From a virus: DNA of 64,000 nucleotides. The position numbers and the translations under genes are program-made. Shown in pieces: positions 49,672-58,786 of the stretch (the stretch's first letter is position 1; every line of letters begins with the position of its first letter). Below the pieces are notes generated by a model that was not told the DNA's origin, ran no database searches, and saw nothing but the letters and a program-made list of their open reading frames with translations. The stretch is taken from IMG/VR virus record IMGVR_UViG_3300027977_000007; one strand, 5' to 3'.

Positions 49672-49926
49672 TTAATATATACCACCAATACCAGTGCTAC
49701 CGTTAAATACGTTGTTATTATCACCTAATAGGTAACAACCTGTACCACCACTAATTGTATTAACCACAATCTTAATACTACTACCCGCACCAATACTAGC
49801 AATCGTTCCATTAATCCTAAGATTACAACCAGCAGAACCACCGTATATTTCAGTATACGTATGTGCTGAGAAAATTGGCGCATCCGCAGATACTATAATG
49901 CTATGTGTATCGTTTATATTTGGCAT
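49672..49926 (-). CDS. small Gly-rich putative virion protein
   Basis: 84 aa; ATATTTAT at 49951-49944. Confidence 0.6.
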   Translation of the reverse strand: MPNINDTHSIIVSADAPIFSAHTYTEIYGGSAGCNLRINGTIASIGAGSSIKIVVNTISGGTGCYLLGDNNNVFNGSTGIGGIY

Positions 49927-49961
49927 ATTATTATCGTTTTCTTATAAATATCTACAAAAAT

Positions 49962-49984
49962 AAAAAAACACCCTAGAGTGTTTT
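49962..49984 (-). terminator. rho-independent terminator
   Basis: Minus strand AAAACACU-CUAG-GGUG followed by U7. Confidence 0.6.
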
Positions 49985-50387
49985 ATTTATTGGTTATTAT
50001 CTTTAATTCTTTAACTGGATGAATTTCAGCGAGTCCATGCCATTTATCATAAACGTATGGCCCAACCACTTCAATGCTATCGCCAATGCTAGGTATTGGT
50101 ATAAGATTTGTATGGTCCTTGCATATCCTAAAGATAGATTTTTTAGCACAAATTATCTCAACTACCAAACAACCACCTTCTTTTTTTATGTTATTGGCGA
50201 ATAATAGTGACGTATCTTGTATCCGTAAATTAATATGGTAATCACCATCAGCTGCACCTGTTACACCCATGACGATACCAGAAATTCGCTTGCTTGGTTC
50301 GATAATTGTTAATCTTTTTGGGTGGTGAACTAATTTATCTTGGTCGCTTACGATAAATAATAATAGAAATGTTATAACTTTAATCAT
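49983..50387 (-). CDS. exported OB-fold-like protein
   Basis: Hydrophobic N-terminus; DGDYHI.L, GDSIEVVG.YVYD..HG..EIHPV. Confidence 0.6.
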   Translation of the reverse strand: MIKVITFLLLFIVSDQDKLVHHPKRLTIIEPSKRISGIVMGVTGAADGDYHINLRIQDTSLLFANNIKKEGGCLVVEIICAKKSIFRICKDHTNLIPIPSIGDSIEVVGPYVYDKWHGLAEIHPVKELKIITNK

Positions 50388-50388
50388 A

Positions 50389-51522
50389 TTAGTTTGATAA
50401 TGGGAATTTTATTATTGGGTGTGATTTATAATTATCAAAGGTAAAATCGGCAATTGACATATTTTCATTAAGCACGTTGATATCGGAATGTAGTGGTCCA
50501 ATTCCGCATTCAAAAGTCTCGGTTGGCCAGAATTCCGTATTAATGTTTAGGGTTGGTAATTCATATGGTTCTCTAGTAATTTGTTCTTTACAACCTTCTA
50601 TTTGATTTAGATAAATATGACAATCACCTAAGTTACCAATTAATTCATCTGGTACCATATTAGCAATCTTGCCAAATAAAGATAATAAAATACCATAAGA
50701 TGCGATATTATACGGAATTCCCAGAGGAACATCACATGAACGTTGATTCCACATTAAAGAGATAGCCCTAGTTGGTATATTAAACCATTTTAAATCCTCT
50801 TCGTATGTGGTATTCAACTCCCATTGAGCGTCCCAATCTTCTAGACTTCTACCATTATGTCTTTTAGCCCATTCATCAAAGCGTTCTTGCATGGTTAGCT
50901 CTCTAGTATATAATTGAAAACCGTAATGGCAAGGAGGTAATATGGCCTTATCAACCTCAGATGGGTTCCAAGCGGTAACCATCATTCTTCTAGAATCTGG
51001 GTTGGTTAATAAATCATTTATTAAGTTTTGTATTTGGTCAATATCAGAGTTCCAGTTACGCCAACAGTGTCCATATATCTTACCTAATTCGCCCCATTTA
51101 TTTGCAAATTCATTATCCGTTTTGATTTTGTTAATAAATTCATCAATAGTAAATTGGTCACCTACACTATATGACCCAATACCGTTTTTCGAACTTAATA
51201 ATTCAGCTTTTCTATCATTTGGGTTGTACGAAAAATCAACATGTTTTTGATAATACTTATAAGCATCTCCGTTCCAGATATTACAATCATTATCTACCAA
51301 ATATTTTATGTTGGTTTGACCCTTAAGGAACCATAATAGCTCAGTAATAATACCTTTGGTATACATTTTTTTTGTGGTAAGTAGTGGAAACCCATCTGAC
51401 ATTTTATGTCGTATTTGTCTGCCAAAAAGAGATATAGTACCACCGTTTCTTGTTTCTTTTTTGGTACCATTTTCTAGAATGTCTTTTAACAATTCTTGGT
51501 ATTGCTTATCTAATTTATTCAT
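50389..51522 (-). CDS. thyA: thymidylate synthase
   Basis: FPLLTTKK, ELLWFLKG, PDSRR, LPPCH, NQRSCDVPLGIPYN, GDCHIY. Confidence 0.97.
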   Translation of the reverse strand: MNKLDKQYQELLKDILENGTKKETRNGGTISLFGRQIRHKMSDGFPLLTTKKMYTKGIITELLWFLKGQTNIKYLVDNDCNIWNGDAYKYYQKHVDFSYNPNDRKAELLSSKNGIGSYSVGDQFTIDEFINKIKTDNEFANKWGELGKIYGHCWRNWNSDIDQIQNLINDLLTNPDSRRMMVTAWNPSEVDKAILPPCHYGFQLYTRELTMQERFDEWAKRHNGRSLEDWDAQWELNTTYEEDLKWFNIPTRAISLMWNQRSCDVPLGIPYNIASYGILLSLFGKIANMVPDELIGNLGDCHIYLNQIEGCKEQITREPYELPTLNINTEFWPTETFECGIGPLHSDINVLNENMSIADFTFDNYKSHPIIKFPLSN

Positions 51523-51656
51523 ATTTAATCGTTAAATTTTCAATATCCTTATTGCTTAAATTACCAATGGGAATTATTAGTCTTTCCTTAAATTTATTTT
51601 CTAATAGCTTCCAATTAATAATATTGCTATAGCATTGTCTTTAGTAACCTTCATAA

Positions 51657-52118
51657 TTAGTCTTTTGTTGTTGTATCAGTATATTCACCAAGCTTAACCT
51701 TAAGCCTATCTAAGGTAACCTTATTAAAGTCGCCAGTGGTCAAATACTCACCAATAAGTTGGTTCATGGTGAGAACAAGGGCCTTACCTCTACCATCAGT
51801 GCTAGCTTTATCTTCAGCAGTCTTAAGATTCTCGATTTGCGTCAATAATTGTTTTAATTTATCAGCTGGTAGATTATCTAGTTTTTCGTAGTTGGTGTAT
51901 TTCTTTTTGATATACGTATTAAATACGGAACCACTACTATCGCTAGTTTCCAAGCGAGTATAATCACTTAGCTCAATATTAGGGTACTTATAACGACCAC
52001 CTGTATTAAATATAACCGTTAGGTCTCTAGTCTTGGGGTCAAAGGTTGACCCACAGATGGTTGATGATGAATACATAGCTTTGATTTCACCATTAGTCTC
52101 AATTCTTGTTAATAGCAT
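51657..52118 (-). CDS. KTSC-domain protein
   Basis: SSTI....FD...DLTVIFNTGGRYKY...SSGSVFNTYIK. Confidence 0.8.
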   Translation of the reverse strand: MLLTRIETNGEIKAMYSSSTICGSTFDPKTRDLTVIFNTGGRYKYPNIELSDYTRLETSDSSGSVFNTYIKKKYTNYEKLDNLPADKLKQLLTQIENLKTAEDKASTDGRGKALVLTMNQLIGEYLTTGDFNKVTLDRLKVKLGEYTDTTTKD

Positions 52119-52131
52119 TTTTGTTAATTTT

Positions 52132-52332
52132 TTATGTTGTTATGTTATATCGTTCAATATCGTTTAGTTGAATTACTCTAACTTTAACAGTATCTGTACC
52201 GTCAGTTAACGTAATAAACATATGATTAGCGTTTATCTGAACATGACCATTTTCGTAAGTATTTGAATTATAACCAAACCTTGACGAAGTATTCGTCCAG
52301 ACAGTCAATGACTTAAAGTTTTCTTTATTCAT
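52132..52332 (-). CDS. small hypothetical protein
   Basis: Likely start MNKENF at 52332, downstream of promoter TATCTTTG (52354-52347). Confidence 0.6.
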   Translation of the reverse strand: MNKENFKSLTVWTNTSSRFGYNSNTYENGHVQINANHMFITLTDGTDTVKVRVIQLNDIERYNITT

Positions 52333-52346
52333 AATTTCTGTTTGCA

Positions 52347-52411
52347 CAAAGATACAAATATTTATTTAAAGAGGCAACACTTGATTGTTTAATTTTTAAT
52401 GATTATATTTT
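52347..52411. promoter_or_regulatory. divergent host-type promoters
   Basis: Minus: TTG(52377-75)-N20-TATCTTTG; plus: TTG(52381-83)-N20-TATATTTT before clpC. Confidence 0.65.
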
Positions 52412-52424
52412 TTAAACACACGAC

Positions 52425-54920
52425 ATGAATAGAGAAATTTACCCAAAAGTAAAAGTGATAATTTCAGCAGCCTCAAATGAGGCCAAGATATTTGATGATG
52501 TTAAGGTTAGACCAGAGCACATAGTATTATCAATCTTAAATGATAACGATAATGAAGGTGCCAATGTAATAAAACAATTAAATATCAGCACAACGGAATT
52601 TTATGACAGATTAAGTGATTATATACGTAAAAAGGACTTAACACCTAGGGTTGGTAGTACTAGAAAAACACTACCCTTATCTGATGAATCTAAGGTAATA
52701 ATGAAAGCCTTAGATAAAGAATGTGAAAAACTAAATGATAACGTTATTGATACAACACATATCATGCTAGCAATCTTATTTACAAGCTCACCAGTAACGG
52801 AGGTATTATTTCAAGTATATGGTGTGGATTATAAAAAATTTAAAGATATTATTAAAGGTATGAGAGAAGAACAAACAAAAAATCAATTTGAAGGTGAGGA
52901 CCATGATGATGTTGACCCAATCAGACGTAAACCAAAAACAACGGATTCTAAAAAAACTCCAGTATTAGATAACTTTTGTCGTGATATATCCAAAGCGGTA
53001 GAAAAGGGTGAGATTGACCCAGTTGTTGGGCGTAATGTTGAAATTAAACGCCTATCACAAATCCTGTCTAGAAGAAAAAAAAATAATCCAGTTCTTATCG
53101 GTGAGCCAGGTGTTGGAAAAACCTCAGTGGTTGAAGGCTTGGCACTATTAATACATAGCGGAAATGCACCAAGACCATTAATTGGAAAACGTATCTATAC
53201 CTTAGATTTAGCTAGCCTTGTTGCTGGTACCAAGTATCGTGGTCAATTTGAAGAGCGTATGAAAGCCGTTCTAGAAGAATGTAAGGCTAATCCAGATATT
53301 ATATTATTCATTGATGAGCTACATACAATTGTTGGTGCTGGTAATGCGTCTGGGTCATTAGATGCAAGCAATATCTTTAAGCCAGCCCTAGCTCGTGGTG
53401 ATATTCAAATCATTGGTGCAACAACACTTGATGAATACCGTGAAAATATTGAAAAAGATGGAGCTTTAACTAGACGCTTTCAACAAATTTTAATTGAAGA
53501 ACCAACACTAGAAGAAACAAAGATTATCTTAATGAAAATCAAGGAAACATATGAAAAGCATCATAAGGTAACATATACCGAAGAAGCTATTGATGAATGT
53601 GTTAAATTATCGGCAAGGTATATTATGGACAGGGCAATGCCAGATAAGGCTATTGATGTAATGGATGAAGCTGGTGCAACAACCAACGTAAATATTGAAA
53701 AACCTAAGAATATTAAAGACCTTGAGGCTAAAAAAACAGCGTTATTTGAAAAGAAAAAAGGTGTTGTATTAAAACAAAACTACGAAGAAGCCGCTAAGAT
53801 AAGAGATGAAGAAAAAAAGGTTGATGTAGCTTTTCAAGCAGCTATGGACGAATGGAATACTAAATTGGAAAAAAGAACCACGATTGTTGGTGTTGAAATG
53901 ATTTCTGAAGTAGTATCGATGATGACAGGTATACCTCTATCAAAAATATCCGTACAAGAGAGCAAAAAATTATTAAATCTAGATAAAGAATTAATGGGTA
54001 AGGTTATAGGTCAAGATGATGCCGTAACCAAGGTCGTAAAGGCAATTAAACGAAATCGTATCGGTATCAAGGATAAAAATAAACCAGTTGGAAGCTTTAT
54101 CTTCCTTGGGAAGACTGGGGTGGGTAAAACAATGCTTGCCAAGCTTTTAGCTGAACACGTATATGGTGATGTTGATGCTTTGATACGTATGGATATGTCA
54201 GAATATATGGAAAAACATTCTGTATCTAGGTTGGTTGGTGCGCCTCCTGGGTATGTCGGATATGAACAAGGTGGTCAATTAACCGAAAAGGTTAGAAGGA
54301 AGCCCCATTGTGTTATATTATTTGATGAAATTGAAAAAGCCCACGAAGATGTCTTTAATATATTATTGCAATTATTGGATGAAGGACAATTAACTGATGG
54401 TCTTGGTAGAAAAGTTAACTTTAAAAATGCATTAATTATACTAACATCAAACATTGGTGTTAAAGAAGTCAATGCCTTTGGTAAGTCTATTGGGTTTGAA
54501 ACTTCATCATCTGTTAGTGATGCAATTAGAGCGCATAATATAATTGAAAAAGAGTTAAAAAAGAAATTTAAGCCAGAGTTTTTAAATAGAATTGATGAAG
54601 CCATCGTATTTAGAGCCTTAACACAAGAAGATATACATAAGATAATCTACTTGGAATTAGCTAATCTAGAAAAACGTATTAAAGAAATGAACTTTAACCT
54701 AAAGATAACCGAAGAAGCTGTTAAATTTCTTGGCGTACAGGGTTACGATGAAACATACGGGGCCAGACCTCTAGGCAGGGCCATTCAACACTATGTTGAG
54801 GATGTCATAGCTGATGATATACTTGGCGGTCTAATCAATGAAGGAGATACAATTAACGTTGATTTTGATACAGAAAAAGGTGAAATAGTCATCAAAGGAA
54901 TCAAAACAAAAACAAAATAA
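52425..54920 (+). CDS. clpC: ATP-dependent Clp protease ATP-binding subunit (ClpC-type)
   Basis: Clp N-repeats, GEPGVGKT, FIDELH, UVR-like NYEEAAKIRDEE, GKTGVGKT, GAPPGYVGY, KPEFLNRID, YGARPL. Confidence 0.92.
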   Translation: MNREIYPKVKVIISAASNEAKIFDDVKVRPEHIVLSILNDNDNEGANVIKQLNISTTEFYDRLSDYIRKKDLTPRVGSTRKTLPLSDESKVIMKALDKECEKLNDNVIDTTHIMLAILFTSSPVTEVLFQVYGVDYKKFKDIIKGMREEQTKNQFEGEDHDDVDPIRRKPKTTDSKKTPVLDNFCRDISKAVEKGEIDPVVGRNVEIKRLSQILSRRKKNNPVLIGEPGVGKTSVVEGLALLIHSGNAPRPLIGKRIYTLDLASLVAGTKYRGQFEERMKAVLEECKANPDIILFIDELHTIVGAGNASGSLDASNIFKPALARGDIQIIGATTLDEYRENIEKDGALTRRFQQILIEEPTLEETKIILMKIKETYEKHHKVTYTEEAIDECVKLSARYIMDRAMPDKAIDVMDEAGATTNVNIEKPKNIKDLEAKKTALFEKKKGVVLKQNYEEAAKIRDEEKKVDVAFQAAMDEWNTKLEKRTTIVGVEMISEVVSMMTGIPLSKISVQESKKLLNLDKELMGKVIGQDDAVTKVVKAIKRNRIGIKDKNKPVGSFIFLGKTGVGKTMLAKLLAEHVYGDVDALIRMDMSEYMEKHSVSRLVGAPPGYVGYEQGGQLTEKVRRKPHCVILFDEIEKAHEDVFNILLQLLDEGQLTDGLGRKVNFKNALIILTSNIGVKEVNAFGKSIGFETSSSVSDAIRAHNIIEKELKKKFKPEFLNRIDEAIVFRALTQEDIHKIIYLELANLEKRIKEMNFNLKITEEAVKFLGVQGYDETYGARPLGRAIQHYVEDVIADDILGGLINEGDTINVDFDTEKGEIVIKGIKTKTK

Positions 54921-54923
54921 ACT

Positions 54924-54949
54924 AAAGCCCTAATCTTAGGGCTTTTTTT
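54924..54949 (+). terminator. rho-independent terminator
   Basis: AAAGCCCTAA-TC-TTAGGGC followed by T7. Confidence 0.85.
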
Positions 54950-54963
54950 ATATATTTATTATC

Positions 54964-55497
54964 ATGAAATCGATAATTAAAAAACTTCTTAGGGAAGGCT
55001 TAGATAAAACAATAAAATGCAGTCAGTGTAATTGGTCTTGGAAAGAATCTGAGACCGATAAAAAAGACATGTATGTTTGTCACAAGTGTGGGCATGATAA
55101 TTCACCAAAAAAAGAATCGTTAAATGAAACCATCTTAACCAAAGACGAAAAAGATATTAAGGCTATTGCTGATTTTATTAACTTTGCTAAAGATTATCTA
55201 AAGATTACTGATGATGTCCAAATAAAACTAGCGTTTAAAAGAATACCATCACTAACCACAACAGCCTACTATGATACAAGAGGTGAAATAATGGTCTACG
55301 TTAAAGATAGGGCCATAATCGATGTATGTAGGAGCTTAGCGCACGAACTTGTACATCACAAGCAAAATCTAGATGGTCGCTTAACTAATGTAGCTGAAGA
55401 TGGTGCTGATGGTAGTGAAATAGAGAACGAAGCAAATGCTGTTGCTGGAAAATTAATTAGGATTTACGGTAAATTAAACCCAGAACTATATGTCTAA
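54964..55497 (+). CDS. tagged protein with Zn ribbon and HExxH metallopeptidase-like domain
   Basis: MKSIIKKLLREGLD; CSQC...CHKC; LAHELVHHKQ...ENEANA; ATATTTAT at 54952-59, 4 nt before the ATG. Confidence 0.7.
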   Translation: MKSIIKKLLREGLDKTIKCSQCNWSWKESETDKKDMYVCHKCGHDNSPKKESLNETILTKDEKDIKAIADFINFAKDYLKITDDVQIKLAFKRIPSLTTTAYYDTRGEIMVYVKDRAIIDVCRSLAHELVHHKQNLDGRLTNVAEDGADGSEIENEANAVAGKLIRIYGKLNPELYV

Positions 55498-56365
55498 TGT
55501 TAAAATATTATTAAAAGAACATTTATATGTTGTTGATAAAGAAAGTTTATTAACTGAAGAATCATTGTTGTTAATTAAAGACTATGAATATGTTAATAAT
55601 ATATTAGGTATTAAATATAATATAAATGAGTCTATTGATACTAATATTAAAATTAAAATAATACAAGAACAGCTTATTGTTGAATCAATATTATCGTCAA
55701 TTAATGATTATATTGGACAAGCTTATACCAAAGGTAAAGAAAAAACGTTAGAGGTAATCGATAGTATCAAAGGATTAAAAGATATCGCAAAATTGTTCAA
55801 AGATATTCTTTTAGATTCAAGTCTTATGAATGTCGCTATTAATAAGATAACGCAAGTCTTGACTGATACCATGCAAAGAATCAAACAAACAGCCAATAAA
55901 ATATTAACATCAATAAATATTAATATATCTAATTTTAATGAAAAATTCGAAGCATTAATTAATCACATTGAAAGGGTGACGAAAAACTTGGTTTCAGATA
56001 CTGGTTGGAAAGGTTTTATCTCTTGTCTTGGTTTTACAACTTTATTGGTCTATGTTGAAGAAAAATTTTTAAATAATATGCTTCAAAATACCCTAAAGTT
56101 TATTGGTGATAATATTAATATATTAGTAAATATAGCTGATATTTTTAATGGTTTTAAATCGTTAAAATCATTGGTTGGAAACACTCTTGAAATACAACCT
56201 ATATTATCTTGGTTTTCGGAAATAGGTAAAGGTGCTACATTAGGTGTTGGGTTGGTTGCCATTGATGTTATTGGTATCGTCAACAAAGTTTTAACACCAA
56301 TAATTAAATCCGTTGAGTGGGCCAACAAACTTAAAAAACCTACCCAACAAATTAAAACAATATAA
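55490..56365 (+). CDS. helical hypothetical protein with hydrophobic segments
   Basis: 291 aa; GFISCLGFTTLLVYV and GATLGVGLVAIDVIGIV. Confidence 0.6.
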   Translation: MSNVKILLKEHLYVVDKESLLTEESLLLIKDYEYVNNILGIKYNINESIDTNIKIKIIQEQLIVESILSSINDYIGQAYTKGKEKTLEVIDSIKGLKDIAKLFKDILLDSSLMNVAINKITQVLTDTMQRIKQTANKILTSININISNFNEKFEALINHIERVTKNLVSDTGWKGFISCLGFTTLLVYVEEKFLNNMLQNTLKFIGDNINILVNIADIFNGFKSLKSLVGNTLEIQPILSWFSEIGKGATLGVGLVAIDVIGIVNKVLTPIIKSVEWANKLKKPTQQIKTI

Positions 56366-56370
56366 ACATT

Positions 56371-56796
56371 ATGCCATATACACATAGAAAAGTCGGTGAT
56401 AAAGAATGCGTCTTTAAGAAAGACGGTGGTGCTAAAGTAGGTTGCACCAAAGGCGATATCAACAAATACTTAGCAGCATTATATGCTAACGTAGATGAAG
56501 CTAATACAATTAAAGGTGGTAAAGCCGATAAATTAACCATCAAGCAAATAGCCGATAAATTTGGTAAGTCCGTAGATGATATCAAAGCACAAATAAAAAA
56601 AGGTATCACTGTCGAAATGGAACATACTTCAGATAAGGAAAAAGCAACTGAAATAGTTATGGACCACCTGTCTGAATTTCCAGATTATTATGATAGACTT
56701 AAGAAAATGGAAGATAAAGCCAAAGAAACATTTAAAACAAATGAAGGTTTATCTTATTCAATAAAACGTTTATTAAGAGAAGGTTTAAATTATTAA
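56371..56796 (+). CDS. DUF5661-like protein with C-terminal IKRLLREGL tag
   Basis: KGITVEMEHT...IVMDHLSEFPDYYDRL. Confidence 0.7.
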   Translation: MPYTHRKVGDKECVFKKDGGAKVGCTKGDINKYLAALYANVDEANTIKGGKADKLTIKQIADKFGKSVDDIKAQIKKGITVEMEHTSDKEKATEIVMDHLSEFPDYYDRLKKMEDKAKETFKTNEGLSYSIKRLLREGLNY

Positions 56797-57260
56797 ACCA
56801 ATATATTCGAAGCTACCACATAATCTTTTATTATCAGCATAGTGGTTATTATATAGGTTTTCATGCTTCACATCCTTTCGTAGCTTTTTGTGCTTACTTG
56901 TCGGTTTCCATAGTGGAGACTTTTCCCTGTACATAATCATTTTTGGATGTGCCGTCCTAGAGAAAAATCTATGACCCTGCTCTAAGTGTATCTGGGCAAT
57001 AGCATCCGAAAATCTTACACCAATACCCATACCTTGGAAATCAGGTAATATAACGGTTCTATGCCCTCGCCAACCATTCTTAAAGGCACCATTTGGTTGA
57101 GCTAAGGTGGCCGAAAAACCTACTACTTGGTCGTCCCAAATCGCAATATAACATCTAGCGGCTTTATTGATGTTGGTATCTAAATAATGATGGTCCTTAA
57201 ACATTCTCCAACTATCATAGCTTGTGCGATATACTTGGATATTGATTTCTGGTCGGACAA
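56785..57260 (-). CDS. GNAT-like acetyltransferase domain, reached by -1 frameshift from the ABC ATPase
   Basis: HHYL, RTVILPDFQGMGIG acetyl-CoA motif; frame open upstream of the track Met as FVRPEINIQVYRTSYDSWRMFKDHHY. Confidence 0.75.
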
Positions 57261-57869
57261 AAAAAAACCATTAAGTAATTCACCTGTATCGGTATTTATT
57301 ACCCAATCTGGTTCTAACCAATCTAATATGTCACTATGACATGTTGATATAACAACGCTATCTAGATTATTCGTTTCTATATACCTAGATAAAGCCACGC
57401 TAGCAGCCTTAGCTACCGTTCTATCCACAACACTAGTGTATTCATCAATTACAGCACCAGACCTAAGCTTCCTAGCTAAGTCAGCCCTGAACTTTTCACC
57501 ATTGGATAATACGTTATAAGACTTATACCACGATGGTATCGTATTAAAGCCCACAGAGCTTAATTTATTGATACCATCGGCTGGACTATCAAAATGTGAA
57601 ATAATAGCCTTAGCTTCGTCCCAAATAGGTTCCTCTTCGATTCCAAAGTGTTTAAGTAGTGTCGACTTTCCACTTCCGCTACTACCTACGATAACACCAA
57701 GCTTAAATTTCTTGGGTATCTTACTTGGTAACTTCCATGGGTAAAACTTAGAAGTGCCATCAAAAATGCAATCAAAGGCTGTTTCACTAGCAGTTACGTA
57801 TTCATCTTTAATGACAGATGATGTTAATGGAATGGTTTCTCGTTCTAATTTTTCTATTAATTTATCCAT
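57180..57869 (-). CDS. ABC-type ATPase (COG2401-like N-terminal half)
   Basis: GSSGSGKST, LSNGEKFRA, IDEYTS.VDR, STCH; likely start MDKLIE at 57869. Confidence 0.85.
   Translation of the reverse strand: MDKLIEKLERETIPLTSSVIKDEYVTASETAFDCIFDGTSKFYPWKLPSKIPKKFKLGVIVGSSGSGKSTLLKHFGIEEEPIWDEAKAIISHFDSPADGINKLSSVGFNTIPSWYKSYNVLSNGEKFRADLARKLRSGAVIDEYTSVVDRTVAKAASVALSRYIETNNLDSVVISTCHSDILDWLEPDWVINTDTGELLNGFFLSDQKSISKYIAQAMIVGECLRTIII
57259..57267 (-). other. U9 slippery site (-1 frameshift)
   Basis: Minus strand GGT TTT TTT TTG TCC; -1 frame reads TTT GTC CGA CCA GAA. Confidence 0.7.
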
Positions 57870-57910
57870 GTATAAATAATAGATTAAAACTATCCTAAGT
57901 AAAGTATAAT

Positions 57911-57949
57911 AAATAAAATGGCCAGATAACAATGAAGGTTATCTAGCCA
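57911..57949 (-). terminator. rho-independent terminator
   Basis: Minus strand UGGCUAGAUAAC-N7-GUUAUCUGGCCA-UUUUAUUU. Confidence 0.7.
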
Positions 57950-57978
57950 GTATTATTATAACTAATAATTAGTTACTA

Positions 57979-58173
57979 TTATTTGGTTGCAGTAAGTGCC
58001 TTAAATTGAGCCTCAAGCTTTGCAATTTTACCTTCCAAGATGGTATCTTTTTTGGTAGTTTGTTCTTGCAACCAAATCTTTTTTTGTGAAGCGACTTCTT
58101 TGTTTACGATGTTCTCAATCAACTCAACAAGAGCACTTTCTTTTACTTTAACTGTCTTTTTTGTGTTTGACAT
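57979..58173 (-). CDS. small coiled-coil protein with VKVKESAL tag-like motif
   Basis: Likely start MSNTKK at 58173; ATATTTAT at 58216-58209. Confidence 0.6.
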   Translation of the reverse strand: MSNTKKTVKVKESALVELIENIVNKEVASQKKIWLQEQTTKKDTILEGKIAKLEAQFKALTATK

Positions 58174-58256
58174 ATTTCGAGGTTTTAAATCATTCTTATA
58201 ACTAAACAATAAATATATGGAATTTATTAAAAGTTATAATAATGATAAAAAAAATA

Positions 58257-58769
58257 TTAACACTTATAATCTGCGCCATAGCTTGAGGCGAACGCATCGG
58301 GTTTTACCTTGAAGCTATAGCCCATACCTATGATATAACCAATAGATTGTTGTAATGCCTTATTGGATTCATATAACGGATTTTGATTTATGTCGGCATG
58401 TACTTCTAATGGAATTTCATATTGGTCCAGTATTGGAGCTATCTCATATGCGACTTCAATTGATTTACTTACTTCAAAAACCATACGCTCAGTTACAGCC
58501 TCTTTATTCTTAGCCTTAAAGCTTTTATTATATGTACTAGTAACTAACATAGCCCCTTCACCATTACCAGTCTTACGATTATCTTGGCTCTTAAATTTAC
58601 GTATAATAATTACCGTAGCGAAGCTATAAGCACCCCGTCCTAGTGTTTGTGAATCGGTACCAACATAAACGTTCAAAAAATAGCCATTTTCCATTTCGGT
58701 TTTAAAAACATCCTCTAAATATTCTATGATTGATACATCAATTTTTTTATTTCCCCTTGTCCATTCCAT
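58257..58769 (-). CDS. RNase H-like YkuK family protein
   Basis: VYVGTDSQ, EVSKSIEVA, EVHADIN, KPDAFASSYGAD. Confidence 0.85.
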   Translation of the reverse strand: MEWTRGNKKIDVSIIEYLEDVFKTEMENGYFLNVYVGTDSQTLGRGAYSFATVIIIRKFKSQDNRKTGNGEGAMLVTSTYNKSFKAKNKEAVTERMVFEVSKSIEVAYEIAPILDQYEIPLEVHADINQNPLYESNKALQQSIGYIIGMGYSFKVKPDAFASSYGADYKC

Positions 58770-58786
58770 TTTATTTAATTTTAAAT

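Noticed and set aside
51515-51654. Possible frameshifted small gene between KTSC and thyA (MKVTKDNAIAIL... / NWKLLENKFKERLIIPIG...)
   Set aside because: Both pieces are very short, with no slippery motif or recognisable homology; it may be a remnant but cannot be supported.
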